Assembly (NCBI GenBank): GCA_905250055.1
Contig: CAJNOF010000042.1
Location: 481,805 to 545,804, forward strand
DNA: 64,000 nucleotides
Source of the DNA: Rotaria sp.
Taxonomy: Eukaryota
Reading direction: 5' to 3'
Under the pieces are notes generated by a model that saw only the letters and a list, made by a program, of their open reading frames with translations, did no database searches and had not been told where the DNA came from. Positions within the stretch are counted from its first letter, which is position 1; the number at the start of each line of letters is the position of its first letter. Below are positions 1 through 12,364 of the stretch, piece by piece. A program made the translations under genes and the position numbers.

Positions 1-2902
1 TCGGTAATATTGAATTTTTGAAAGAATGCAAAGATAAATCGCAAGATAACATTTAATGATTTGTATCCAGGTGTAAGTGATGCTAATTGTGTGTAATGCT
101 GATGTTGATCAATAAACATACTATCAACTTCATCGACAATTGCCGCTTCATAAGGTCTGTGAGCACGTACTTCGGTTTGCAAATAAAATTCAGTGCGTAG
201 TAGATCACCAGCAAAATGATTGACCGTTCCGTAGATGATGTGAACATTGTAGTTTGGGCTGTCAGGACGATCATAACAGTTGTGTCCAACCGTCAGATCA
301 AACATTTGATAGAAGGATGCAAATTCCTCGGCATCACGTCGAGCAAGAATTTCTGAAGTGGTAATTATATCGACACGTTTGTTCAATGGAGGAAGGGAAA
401 GATAAACAGCCACTACAGTAGAAAAATACAAGATACATTAAATAAAAATAAACCTTTTTCTTTAAATTTTTGTCCAGTTGCAACCGACCGATCACACTGA
501 TTTGTGGCGGCTTCTTTACATCCGTATTTCGACACAATTTTTTTAAACGTATTGCAACGGCTTTTGGCTGAATTCTGAACTGTACGCTTTTAAATTCAAT
601 CGAACACGTTCGGTTAAAACTTTTTTCAAAACTCAATTGCAAGAATTTCTTCCGAACTAAATAGAATCGATCAGAGCTCAACGGAACTAGAAAGAATAGT
701 TACCAGAAAAAAGTAAACTTATCAGTTTCGACAGCCGCAACTTTGAGTCTCGACTGATATTGATAAGGTTAGGCTATTCTCTGCTTGTTTTCAATGCATT
801 ATTATCATGTATGATGAGTCATTGCACGAGAGCCAACATCAACTTTGCGCAAATCAAGATACTTATGTTCTGATTTTACTCTCAAATAGTTCTAAATGGT
901 TAGTTTTGGGATGAAAAATTTGAGCGATTTACAGGACAAGTTGAGGACAATTTATTTTGCAACGAACTTTTATAGCCCTCATCCAATGGAGTGCGAGGAA
1001 AACGATTCTTTAATTATTAGCTACATAAATCTTCCCGATGACGTTATAAGTTCTTTGATATATTACTTGGTGGGAAATCAATAAAGACATTCTTTCAATG
1101 ACTTTTCAAGCATTGAAATGAAAATGTTTGAACAAACAACAATGCTTTCTCTTAGGTGCGAATTCATAGTAATGACTGAAAATACCTTTACGGTCAATAT
1201 CAATATTTAATTTCATTACCATCCATATTAATACTAGTCAACATGTTTGATCTCAACAGCGAATTGTATTTGTATTGGTAAATATCTAATCATTAATAAG
1301 TTTTATAGAAGATAAATTTTCCTACAAATAATTATAAATATATTTTTGTCTAAAACTTTTTGAATTTTTCGGTCTAGCATCATCAGATGATATTATCACC
1401 TTTTTCATGCACTTAAAACTATCTTACATCGTTAATGACTTTTATTGATCTGAGAAAAACATATTTGTTATCTAATGAACATTTTTGACAAGATACAAAT
1501 ACAGAAATATAGACAGTTAATTTTATCCTTTGAAGAATGGGAATAACGTAGTTGATAGAACTTAAAAGTTATATATAAGAATAAGAATTCAGATTGAATT
1601 ACTGAGAACTCAATAGTGGGATATTATCCAACATGAGTTTAAATTTTGAACTTACACATAGCCACAATAATGGATTTGCCCTCGCCAGTGCGTATTTGTG
1701 CTAATCGTCCTTGACCTTGACGTTGATTTTCAATTAGAAGAAGAAGAGATAGAATCTGAATATCTCTTGGACGATATTGTTCGTGAAGATGTGCTGCTTG
1801 AACAATGACAGCAATCGTATGAAGCTCGTCGTTGTTCACCTGACGTTGCCGAATATCTGAAGATTTCCATCGAGATATTTGTGTTTCGTAATGTTTCATC
1901 ACCATTCGAAATCGTTGTTCCAAGTCGGTTATATCCAAAGATGAATTTTCCTGAGCTAGTTCTTGAAGAAGCATTGAAACTGATTTAGATTTACCTTTTT
2001 CGTCAATAATTTTAGTCACTTCATCCATCCATTGAAGTTCTGAATGCATAGTAATTGCGTTGACAATTCGTTCAATATCCCATGGAAATGATATTTCATT
2101 GGTTAAAATCATTTTAACAACGAGTAACGCTGTTTTCAGTACTGAGACATTTTGTATTTGTAAACTATTGAACATCAGCTCGAGTGATTGAATTGCGTAA
2201 TAGTCCCAATCTAGTTCAGATAATTCGGCAAGAATGGCACTCAATAGGCTTCGATCATCATCTGGTGATTTTTCAACTACATCAAACAAAAATGGGTCTA
2301 TTGCAGTGGTTGAACATGGTTCAAATGAAAGAAGTTGATGAGTCACATAACTATCATTAAGGGATGGCTGGTCGACCATACTAAAAGAAGAAGCAACATA
2401 TCATCTCTTTATAATAAGATCTGAATCTGGAAAAAAGTAAACAGTACCTATTGTTTTGATTATTCAATTGAGGTTGCTGTGGGGATGAAGCGGAATTAAA
2501 AAGTGTCGATGGTGTCAAGTCCATAGTCATAGCTGCTTTTGGGATGATTGCTGGTGCGAAATCGAACGATATTGGATTATTATTGTTATTATTCGACTCA
2601 GATAGAAGTGGAGTGTGAAGATAATCGAGCCATACTTCACATGGAATTTCACCTGATTGTATTACTTGAAGAATCTTATCTACTGGCAACATTGGTACAG
2701 TGACGATATCACGTGTTAAAAGTTCATGTAAATAGCATAGGTTCTTTTCCAACTGTTCTGGCATTGATTTTTCGAATTGACTTGTCCAATCGATGATCGT
2801 TTGTAGTAAACAGTATTTCTGCTCATATGTCCATGATTCCAATGCAAACAAAAGTTCATATACAACTTTATAATGATCCATAGCTTGTTTGGATGATGCC
2901 AT
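1..2902 (-). CDS. SecA-DEAD-like ATPase domain protein (partial; continues beyond window start); exons approx 2902..2448, 2380..1656, 412..1
   Basis: ORFs 2381..2908(-) and 1639..2379(-) join through a 67-nt GT-AG intron (donor aat ag|gtactg, acceptor ttttag|t atg gtc). Exon B ends ...GEGKSIIVAM|gtaagt (phase 1). The acceptor tttctactgtag at 414-413 opens an exon running to position 1. The joined protein reads ...RPRDIQILSLLLLIENQRQGQGRLAQIRTGEGKSIIVAMLAVYLSLPPLNKRVDIITTSEILARRDAEEFASFYQMFDLTVGHN...IIYGTVNHFAGDLLRTEF...RPYEAAIVDEVDSMFIDQ. This is collinear with the bacterial SecA motor: RHFDVQLLGGMVL...[43 protein letters not shown]...GLTVG...ITYGTNNEFGFDYLRDNM...[25 protein letters not shown]. 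About 350 aa N-terminal extension has no recognisable family. The first in-frame ATG is at 2902-2900, with an upstream in-frame stop at 2938. Confidence 0.75.
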
Positions 2903-4273
2903 GATCAAACTGTCTCTTGTTTCACTAAAAATGTATCATTTATACACACTGGTTAATCATCACATGTCACCATAGGTTACCGTAAAGTTGCCAAACCAAA
3001 CAAAATCGATAAGAAAGTGTGTTTGCTAAGCGGTAGAATGTGCGCTTTTTACGGTTTTAAAAACAAAATTATTTTGAAAAAGAAAGCGAGTCGAAAGACG
3101 ATGACTCTCACAAACTTGCTTTTTACAACGAAAACAATTGTTTTTCTACCTTCTTTGAAGGTAAAAAGCGCACATGTTAACGCGTTAAAATGAGGCCTTA
3201 TCAAGAGTGAGTACTGTGCGCAGACGTTAGCACGTGGAATTCTATCGTATGTGGACGTGACTTGGTTGAAAAAAGAAAAGCTCAATAATCATTAACATCC
3301 ACCTACATTCTCAAGAAAAGAAGTCATGAAGCTCACATTTTAATTAAGCATTACTCTAGCCTAATCTGACTTTCGCCTATGTCAAACTGGCATGGTTCAT
3401 ATTCATCCTTCGATCTAGGATTGGACTAGTTCATTTTTTAAATTCTTCTAAGCAAATTAGAGAGTGGACATAGTCTTAACATCAACGCTTGGATTAATAC
3501 ATATGAAAAAATAAGAATAATAATCTACTTTTCGCCAATCGATTCTTGAAGGGGACCTACTCATAATAGGTTTATCACTTAACGTAGTCCAATCTAGCTG
3601 AATTCCTTAGCAATCAGTGACCCTCATGAGAAACGCTTTTGATTTAAACTTTAGTTCGATATACTAAACTAGACCATACTTCTAGCTTATTTAAATTCTA
3701 TTGATGATCTTCAAACGAACTTTTATGTCTTCTTCACTAGAAGGTGTGCTCAGCTGCGATATAGTGACAAATGACTCTGCGGATGTTCCTGATTACTAGT
3801 TTATCAAATGTTGGAATTTCTCTCGTTATATTTTTACTTATTGACTAGGTACACTCTTTTGGTTCCATGAAATATTTTATTCGGTTCCTGAACACATATA
3901 TATGTGTGATCGTTCTTGTTACATCGCGGAATTATTCTTGTGTATCTCTTCTCTCTATTCTTCATCTAACGGAGATACTATCACTATTATCCTTTTCATT
4001 GCTCATGCACCATTACAAGAGCTCGTGGTGGTTTCAAATTAGTCCCTTCACCGTTATTGATGAATATATTCGTTAAAGCAAACTTTATGGAAAAAATGAC
4101 AACTACAATTCCTGAACTCTGTTTTTTTATATGCTCTGTATCGTCTCTAACATCCTGCACTGGTGGAAGCCCATTGTACTGATTCTGATGTTCATATCGG
4201 TTATGCCCCTCTGTATCAATTACATAATTAGTCGAATTATAAGTCTGGATTCGCTCCGTAATTAACATTATTA

Positions 4274-4606
4274 TTGAATGGACTCTTACTACTTTCGGGT
4301 AGGCGTGGGTGTGGGTGTAGGTATTTACGTCAACTACATCAATTCCCACACCCGGAGCACTTAGTCAAAAGGAAAAGACCGTCAAATGAACCTACACCGG
4401 TACGGTTAATATCACGGTACTTTTCATCTTTGATTCCTTCAACTGAAAACGAGCAGCATCCAACAAGATGTTGTTACGTTTGTAGTCATGCACAAAACGA
4501 ATCTAATTGCACAAGAAATAAATCGACACACGAATGTACAAGTTGCAAGGTTGCACTTTGTGTTGATCCATGTTTTCGTGTATATCATACCTTGCTAAAC
4601 TTTTAA
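4274..4606 (+). mobile_element. Remnant of piggyBac-type transposase C-terminal cysteine-rich zinc-finger domain (degraded element)
   Basis: The ORF ends ...KRKRPSNEPTPVR...RCCYVCSHAQNESNCTRNKSTHECTSCKVALCVDPCFRVYHTLLNF*. The CxxC...CxxC...CxxC...C(F)..YH pattern at the extreme C-terminus, preceded by a basic NLS-like stretch, is characteristic of piggyBac-family transposases and PGBD proteins. No intact DDE domain is visible upstream, so I treat it as a fossil. Confidence 0.45.
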
Positions 4607-7141
4607 GCGAAACTTTGAATTTCAAAAACCACTTTTGTAGGATCTCATTTGTTGCGCTTTGCTATTAAAAAAACAACTTCTGTTTGCTATATAAAATAAT
4701 AAAACATGTTTGTCGCAGATTTTTTATATTATCCTTAAATGTTTGTGAATATTTGAAGGTTATAACGTGAAAAGTTCACTGTTTATTTTCAAGCAAAAGT
4801 TAACGATGAAAGGGTTAAACAAACAGGCGGTACAAAAGTTTCTGAATAAATGTCGGTTCATTTTTGATCGACTAAAGCATATGTGAACAAAATCAGAAGT
4901 ATTTGTACATAATCTATGTTGAAATAATATGTGATATGTAAAAGGAAACGAATACCAAAGAAAGTACTGAACCCACATTATGTTGCGACTTCTTTCGGTA
5001 CATTTCATGAGATGGTGTTTATCTTTTTTTATAACAAATTACCGTCTCTATTCTCAACAAATCATGTAGAAAACACTATGGAAATCTTTGAAAATACATG
5101 GAGGGAACTCACTATCTGATCTCTAGCCATTTTTAGATTACTGTTTTTATTATTTTTGCTCGCTGTTCAACTTTGTCATTTCAACTATTTTTATCCAAAA
5201 ATGGCGCCATTCGATTCTTAAAAAAATTTTATTGGCTCATCATCGTTTTCATATTCAGATTTGACATTATTTCTTTCACCATTGCTCGTTAAATTGTCGA
5301 TCACACCATCTAACATGATACTGTATGATTTTCTAGTAAGTTTGTAGAGAATTGAATGGCTTATCCAACTGAGAAAAGAGCAGCATCATACTATCAGTCG
5401 CAATGAACAAAATACAAGAATACTCACCAGAGATACATGTTTCCGTGCCCACTACTTTGAGCTGTTTTTACCAGTCACATTTTAGTCCTAACTAAAGATG
5501 TGCTCTCTACTGAGAGACAAAATATGATAAAACTTCTTTGAATATACATTTAGAAAGAGCTTTCGAGTTTATTCACCCATGTTTTAGTCAATGAAAAATG
5601 GACCAACATTTGTGCAGGAACTTTTGCATCACTGGTTAACACAAAAAATATGTAAAATGAAAGATTTCTCATAGATTACAGTTGCTTTTCACGATAATCG
5701 AACATCAGAATAAGAACCTTTCAAATTTCCGCATTTCAAACGGAAATTGTTTATTTTGTCTTTGCGCGCCCTACTATTTGTTTTCATTGTTATTATTCCC
5801 TCATTATTTTTCTTGTTGTTTTAATTCGCGTTTTTTAATTTAACATTCTTATCATTATAATCATTGAATTAATCGACAAACAAGTCTATTTTACATATTC
5901 ATGATATTTACGGCAGACTTTATGCACTACTGTATATTAATCAACTAACAAACAATGATTTTGACTATATTTCAAAATTACAACTTCATCATTTTTGCAA
6001 AAAAAAAACTCTAAAAAACCTAATGCCTGTTATTCTCGATTACTAAATGTGTGTAATGGGAAGGAGTGGGGAGCCGCAAAAACATGCTTTTAAACTTACA
6101 CTCACCATTTTCTTCGACAATGAATGTGAATTCCTCAAAATCGTCAATTAACCGTTTGTTGTATGATTAAATGTAACAACATATGGCATAGATAAAGGAT
6201 TCGTTACTTACCCAAATACGCAACTCTAATCAACTTGAAATATTGCCATCACTTGATGTTTACACAGTTATATGTTGTTATGCTTTTTCATCTCAATGCA
6301 TCACTTATTCGATATGCATCATCGTATTTCTACTAACCATACATCAAATATGGATCATAGAGTCCCCACAAAACAATTGATTGACCTTACTGACTATCAT
6401 CCAATCATATGAATCTACATGTCGAAAAAATCAATAAATTGCGCAGCAGCAAGCACAACAAGCTGCTGCTCGACAAAATAATTCACTGGTGCATCAACAT
6501 TTTATACAAATGAATCGAAATCAATTAATAATGGCGTCGACTGCATCGCAGCACGCAGGTCAACATCGTCATCATCAAGTACTATTTAAGCAAAAATAAA
6601 ATTCAGAATTATAGCTCATAATTAGCAAATGATTGATATTTGGTCAGCTTACCTATAAATAGTTGAAATGAAGCGGAAAGGTCTCTCAATTAGAAGAACC
6701 AAAATTGCAATAACTTTAGTTGAATTTCATCAGGTATCAGTATTTTGTAGAAATATGCGTCAATTTAACAAAGAAACATAACTCGAAAAGCAAGAAAAAA
6801 AATCTCAAAAACTTCTTCCGATTAAACTAAATTTCACAAAGCATTGTTCTTTTTTTTGTATTCTTTCATTTTAATTCCTTTAAGCTTGAGAATTCGACAA
6901 TACATAATTACAAAACAATACTTTCAAACATCATCTTAGATCGATGTTCCATACCAATTTATGTGACTTAAAGAAATTTTTAAATTTTAATGCACAATCA
7001 CAGATGATTATCAACGAACAATATGATTACGGCATATCTATAAATATGAATATAATCAAGCACACGAAAAAGAATAGACTTTGAACATAGTTTCAAAGGT
7101 AAATACATTTATTCTTCCGTATGTCAAGTAAATGCATTTCA

Positions 7142-7350
7142 TTATGAGTACAGAGCTTGTCCACGCAAAACGTTATTCCGTCACGCTTTGTTTGTTTCAT
7201 TACGTACAAATGATTCAATGTTTAAGAACAAATGTTTTTGCAGTTTTGGACAAAAAATTGTGCTTTTCAAAATGAGAAATTGCAAAGCTGTTCACCACTA
7301 CTCATTCACTATAAACAGAGCGTGACGGAATAACATCTTCCATGGACAGG
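7142..7350. repeat. Short inverted repeat (about 45-bp arms, about 110-bp spacer)
   Basis: The reverse complement of 7142-7190 (gtacagagcttgtccacgcaaaacgttattccgtcacgctttg) matches 7306-7350 (aacagagcgtgacggaataacatcttccatggacaggctctac) with several mismatches. Confidence 0.4.
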
Positions 7351-8079
7351 CTCTACAAACATTTTTTAAGGTCATAAATAATTTTGTTTTTCAAAAATAA
7401 TTATATTTGATTTTGTCTGTAGAAAATTTTCTCTTCAATAGAATCAAATTATACTGTTTTTTACTATTGATAAAACGTGGTTAAGTGTTGAACAACTTTG
7501 AAAATAAAAAGAATAATTTTATTAATTGTTGACGCACTACAAATATAATTAATTATTTCTTATTTTAGAAGAAAAAAAGGCAATCATTTTTTTCTAGGTC
7601 AATGCATATTTTAATTGAAATTAATAAGATCTATAGTTTGACACGCACGTAATGCGGCATCGAAAAAAATAAAGCTGAGAATAGATTAAGGATTGGCAAA
7701 AGAGAGATTTTTTTCAGAAAAAAATGGACACTTTTTTACGCATTTATGATGTTTTTCGAAAACTTGTTTTTGATAAATATCGAGAAACAGGCAATTTTAA
7801 TCTTACTTGTGTATGCTTTGTTCTTGTAAGATATTCGTTGATTGGCGAGATCGATTAATATTCTCTATTTTGTCTTCAACAACTCTACTATGACTGATAA
7901 AAATGCACGGTAAAAATTGTTGACTTGTTTTTTTATCTAAATCATCATTCGTCAAAAGTTCACTTTTTCTCTGACTTGACAAGTCTTTTTAGTCACGCAC
8001 ATGTAATAATTCAGGACCAAGATGAGATCATTAGAGCTGTGTGTCATTAAAGTATAGTGTTTATTTAGATGAGTTAAAA

Positions 8080-9054
8080 ATGGCTTCTGATATAGCCACG
8101 GCTCTTTATATTTTCTCTATTGGAGATCGTCTTTATCAAACTGTCGCTTTGTCAATTATTATTGTAAGTTCAATTGGAAATGTTTGCAATTGTTTAGTTT
8201 TTCTTTGTACTCCACCTTTGAATAAACATCCAAATGCTTTATTCATCATTGGATCATCAGTTGGTAGCTTCTTTTTTATCAATATTGGTCTTCTTTCAGC
8301 TGTTATACGAGTATATAGTGGTATTGATCCATCGAATCGATGGTTATTTTGGTGTAAAGTCGGTACTTGGTTTACTTATTCGGGTGGTTGTTTTAGTTTT
8401 ATGTGTAATTGTTTTGCAGCTCTTGGTCAATTTCTTTTAACATTACCAAGAGCCAAATGGCATCGATTAATCACACATATTCGAGCACAAATAATGATTT
8501 TATGCACAGCAATTATTTGGCTTCTTATTTTCTTACCATTTCCTATATATTATATACACATTCGTTCATCAAGTACAACATTTGTCTGTACTAGTTCTTT
8601 CTCTTTAATCAGTCTCTACGGTACCTATTGGATTATAATTGGTTATTATTTTTTACCAATTATTCTCATATTCACTTTATTTTTTTTGACTTGGTATAAT
8701 TTACAACAACTTTTAAGACGTCGTCGTAGATTAGATGCTGCAGTAACTCGAATGATGCTTATTCAGATGTGTGTTTTATTGATCAGTGGTATACCAGCAG
8801 GCTTTTACTGTTGTTATATTTTGGCTACACAATATGTTTTGAAGACAAGATTACGATTAGCATATGAATATCTTGTTTTACTTGTTCTTACTCTACTTAC
8901 GTATTTTACTAACGGAATTTCTTTTTGGATATATTTATTTGCATCTAAAACCTTTCGAAAACATATCAAAGACTTTGTTTTCAAATTTTCAATATTCAAA
9001 CATCGAGTAGGACCATTACCTGCTCAAGTGACAAGAACAAATGTAAATCGTTAA
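8080..9054 (+). CDS. Intronless rhodopsin-like orphan 7TM receptor (GPCR)
   Basis: Single ORF. The real ATG at 8080 (MASDIATALYIFSIG...) lies downstream of the GTG used by the ORF track. There are seven hydrophobic segments. A basic RRRRRLD stretch follows TM5 and looks like intracellular loop 3. The motif NGISFWIYLF in TM7 is NPxxY-like. The tail is KTFRKHIKDF. No introns. Confidence 0.65.
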   Translation: MASDIATALYIFSIGDRLYQTVALSIIIVSSIGNVCNCLVFLCTPPLNKHPNALFIIGSSVGSFFFINIGLLSAVIRVYSGIDPSNRWLFWCKVGTWFTYSGGCFSFMCNCFAALGQFLLTLPRAKWHRLITHIRAQIMILCTAIIWLLIFLPFPIYYIHIRSSSTTFVCTSSFSLISLYGTYWIIIGYYFLPIILIFTLFFLTWYNLQQLLRRRRRLDAAVTRMMLIQMCVLLISGIPAGFYCCYILATQYVLKTRLRLAYEYLVLLVLTLLTYFTNGISFWIYLFASKTFRKHIKDFVFKFSIFKHRVGPLPAQVTRTNVNR

Positions 9055-9924
9055 AATCGTTTTAATACATGTTTAAATTATATTTATTGGCAAATGTTTA
9101 TCTTAAACTATTTGCATATAGAAACACAATTCATCATTCCTTACTTGTCATTTGTTTTATTTATTGAAATTCTTTTATCAATAAATAAATTTTCATCATC
9201 AATCAATGGAGAAAAAAACTGAAATATCGATTCAACAAGTTAATATATTATGCTTCTTACATGCGGCAAGTTCCCAAGAAAACTTGCTTATGCCATCAAG
9301 GAGCAACATGAATTTTCTTACAATGTGCACTTGTCTCGACATTTTTCAAATGATGCTCTATGTCAAAGTTATCATAAGCCCCGTGAAATAGGAGTCAAAC
9401 TTTCTTTTTATATCAAATCATTAATCTGATAAGTTTTGTTCAATCTAATATCGTTATTCTCTGATGAAAGATTATTAATCCTTTAACTTTGATCAATTAA
9501 TTTTTCAAGATGTCAACTGGCACATTATACTAAGTCTTGGAAGATATATAGATTGATATGAATTGATTCTATATCTACCATTATAATCCTCTAGTGATTC
9601 TCTATCTATACTATATAGCTTAGGTTTTTTATTTCTTTATATGTGTACACAAGGGTGTAAGTGTGGGTGTGCATGGTTATTCTTCATAAAAACTCTAGAC
9701 CCAGACTCACCTACATCCTGATCCCACACCCATACCGTCATACACAAGAGATGATCTGAAATTCGTACAATCAGTCAGGAAAAACCTGAGGACTAGTGCC
9801 AAAGTGTGAACTTTATTTGATTTTTATTGTTCAATAAAGCATGTATCATACAGAAATATCGCTCACTTAAATGTATTGATACGTATGCCTGTTGTGTCTT
9901 CTGTATTCATTAGGAAAAAAAAAT

Positions 9925-12364
9925 CTATAGTTGATAACGTTCTGGTGCCATATCGATAAATTCATCAGAAATTTCTGGAATTTCCAGATCGCTAAGGGAA
10001 TCAATAGTTGATTGTGAAATTGGAAAATCCCAACATTTGAACAGTGGCACCAGATTGTATTCTACTTGACGCGAGAAAGTTTCGATCCAATAATCGATCT
10101 TTTCTTGATCAGTGTCAAGCTTTGGTTGGTCTTGTTCGTATTGACGAAAGACAGCCTTATAGCTGTCCCATCCAAACTCTCGTGCCAATTGTGCATATAT
10201 GAAAAGAGCAACACCAGGGTTCTCTTTCCAGACATCAAAACTTGATCCCTTCTTTATATACTTCCATGTATTCTTTATTTGATCCTTGAGCCAAGGATGA
10301 ATCCATACTTGATGATGGCAAATAGTATCCATCGCATGCAAAGTGAAAATATTCACGGTCACTTCATCAGCACCATCGTATGCTAAATGTAATGTTTGTA
10401 ATCGATTTGATTAAGTGTAGCAACAAATCGCATACATACTCCAATAATCTCGTTGCATATTATGACCGATCTCATGAAATAGATCCCATGCACCATTCTT
10501 TTCTAGCTTGTTGCTATTTAGTATGTACCCTTCAGAGAATGGATCAGATACATCCATATGTGTGACAATAGGATAACCACTGTCTAAAATAAGCATTCTT
10601 CTTCAGCAGAGAGCGAAGAAATTCATTACGGGTTCAATATCCTTACGCATGTAGCCAAGTGAAGGTTGCTCGTCACATACAATACGTTCACGATGTGTCG
10701 GTTCTGTACCTCTTAGCTCATGATGAGCAAGTACAACAGCATCCCAATACTGAAGAACTCGATCTAATTGAATACTATCCAAATGAAGTACACTCTTCGA
10801 AGGAACATTAAACACAATATGTCGACCAGCTATATCTGCCCAACGACCTTGTGCGTAGTGATGCCGGTATTACCATGTTGTCGCTCGATTGGAATCAGTG
10901 AGATCGTATGTAGGCGCCAGAACAACATGATGCAAATGAACAGTGATAGAGTTCATTTCATCTTCAGGACTTTCAAGGAAAAGAAGGCCACCAAAAGCTG
11001 AACTCAGTCGAACATGATTGCTAGTCAATGATTTGCAGACAGAAATGCATGACCATCGACGAAGTTCATCGCAGCTCTAATCAGTATATATTTCTATTGT
11101 GCTATAAAAGCAATTCTCGTGAGAAGACATACTTCAAGATCATCGCTGTGACAACCTATTCGCGCTGGGCATCCAGTTGCACCTACTTGTTCTAATACAT
11201 CAATCTGGATGGAAATATCTGCAGCCACATAATATCCTAAGAGAAAGCGAAGACATTGCGACGTATATGCAGGAGAACATTCAACAGTTTGATTATCTTC
11301 TTTCATACCTGTCGAGAACCATTCGCTGAAATTTGATTGAATATGGCACTTAACATTCGTTTCAGTCGATGGTGGTTGATTGAAATCACGCGGAAAATTC
11401 GTCACACCTAGAAGTCGTACTCTACGCATTGCATCTCAAATGACTTACATTTGCTCACCAGAAGCCTTGATACCGGGTAGTACACACAAAATACTACAGA
11501 TACCTATTGATTGTTCTCGACACTATCTATCTTGAATTGGACAATTAATCGATGGAATAACATCGCTATCAGCATTTACGACAGTATTCTGTAGAGTTTC
11601 AACTGGTACACCAGACAATGTATCACCGAACTCTTTGATAGCCAATGCAACGGTGGTCAAGTATTTGATACTATCCGAATAGTTGACAAGATTTTGCACA
11701 ATGTGATAGACATTTTTAAATGCAACTAAGTCGGGTTGAAAAGGAATTGGATCGGGACAATCAATACAATTACCCGTAATTTTCACACCAATATAGTCAC
11801 AGAAACGTGCAAATGGGAAATTCGAGAGAAGTGTACCTTCGTTATGTTCTAGTCAACCCCAGGCAGTTGCTCCACAAATCAGAGAACCTCCATCTTGTAA
11901 ATATGCACACTATAACAAAACACTGATATTTAACAGATCGATAATGAAAAAACAATTATATGTACCAGATCACTCATAAAGGAATCATTCTTCGCCTCAC
12001 GTCCATTCCATATCAGTATTTTACCAGCTCGTGCCACATTATCCATCGAATCTGTATCATTGATCGATTCGAATTCAGTATCATATCCGCGAGCGAGCCA
12101 TTGTAGACAATTTTCAACAAAATCTTGATCTTCGGTTTCATCATTAAGAAAAATCTCGGTACAGCCGTTAAGTGCAAATACTAAACATAGACTGTGACCA
12201 AATTGAGTGGCCACAACGATCACATTGTTGAAGTCTTCACTACACAGAACAGTACGTGTATTATCTGTCATTGGAATGAGAGTTCCTGGTGAGCCAATAT
12301 TACTAAGAGAATCCACACCATCAAACAAAATTTGAGATACTTGATCAAATTCATCGTCAGCCAT
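9925..12364 (-). pseudogene. TCAF-like / peptidase M60-like domain gene, apparently disrupted (in-frame stops plus one frameshift)
   Basis: The real ATG is at 12364-12362 (MADDEFDQVSQILFDGV...). A 56-nt intron follows (ctg|gtacat...ttgttatag). Downstream a HExxH motif reads WDLFHEIGHNMQRDYW, which is M60/enhancin-like as in TRPM8-channel-associated factors. A plausible 49-nt intron removes the TAA between 10411 and 10362 (tgg a|gtatgcg...cattacatttag|CA). The remaining in-frame TGA near 11850 could be removed only by a 9-nt 'intron', which is too short. A TAG/TAA/TGA cluster sits at 11430-11525 with no usable GT donor. The frame changes between ORF 11094..11429 and ORF 10603..10815. Confidence 0.5.

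Noticed and set aside
3049-3285. 78-aa minus-strand ORF just upstream of the SecA-like gene start
   Set aside because: It is separated from the gene by in-frame stops, with no acceptor or donor in phase and no homology. I regard it as 5' flank or UTR.
4300-4365. GT-rich / CA-rich palindromic stretches (ggtgtgggtgtgggtg ... cccacaccc), also at 9655-9735, 24120-24175 and 27890-27960
   Set aside because: I considered them as CRISPR-like or telomeric repeats. They are short, irregular, not arrayed with spacers, and in a eukaryotic context, so they are simple low-complexity GT/CA tracts.
6430-6595. Gln/Ala-rich open frame (IAQQQAQQAAARQ...QHRHHQ)
   Set aside because: It is only about 54 codons and bounded by stops, with no start codon or splice sites in phase. 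It sits in a CAG/CAA-rich simple-sequence patch, so it is a compositional artefact.
8234-8594. Two 60-70-aa ORFs in alternative frames inside the GPCR gene
   Set aside because: They overlap the clearly coding 7TM frame. The supplied track uses alternative start codons and does not filter by coding potential.
11840-11860. A 9-nt 'intron' (gttgactag) that would remove the in-frame TGA of the TCAF-like gene
   Set aside because: It is far below the minimum spliceosomal intron length, so the stop is taken as real or as a sequencing error.
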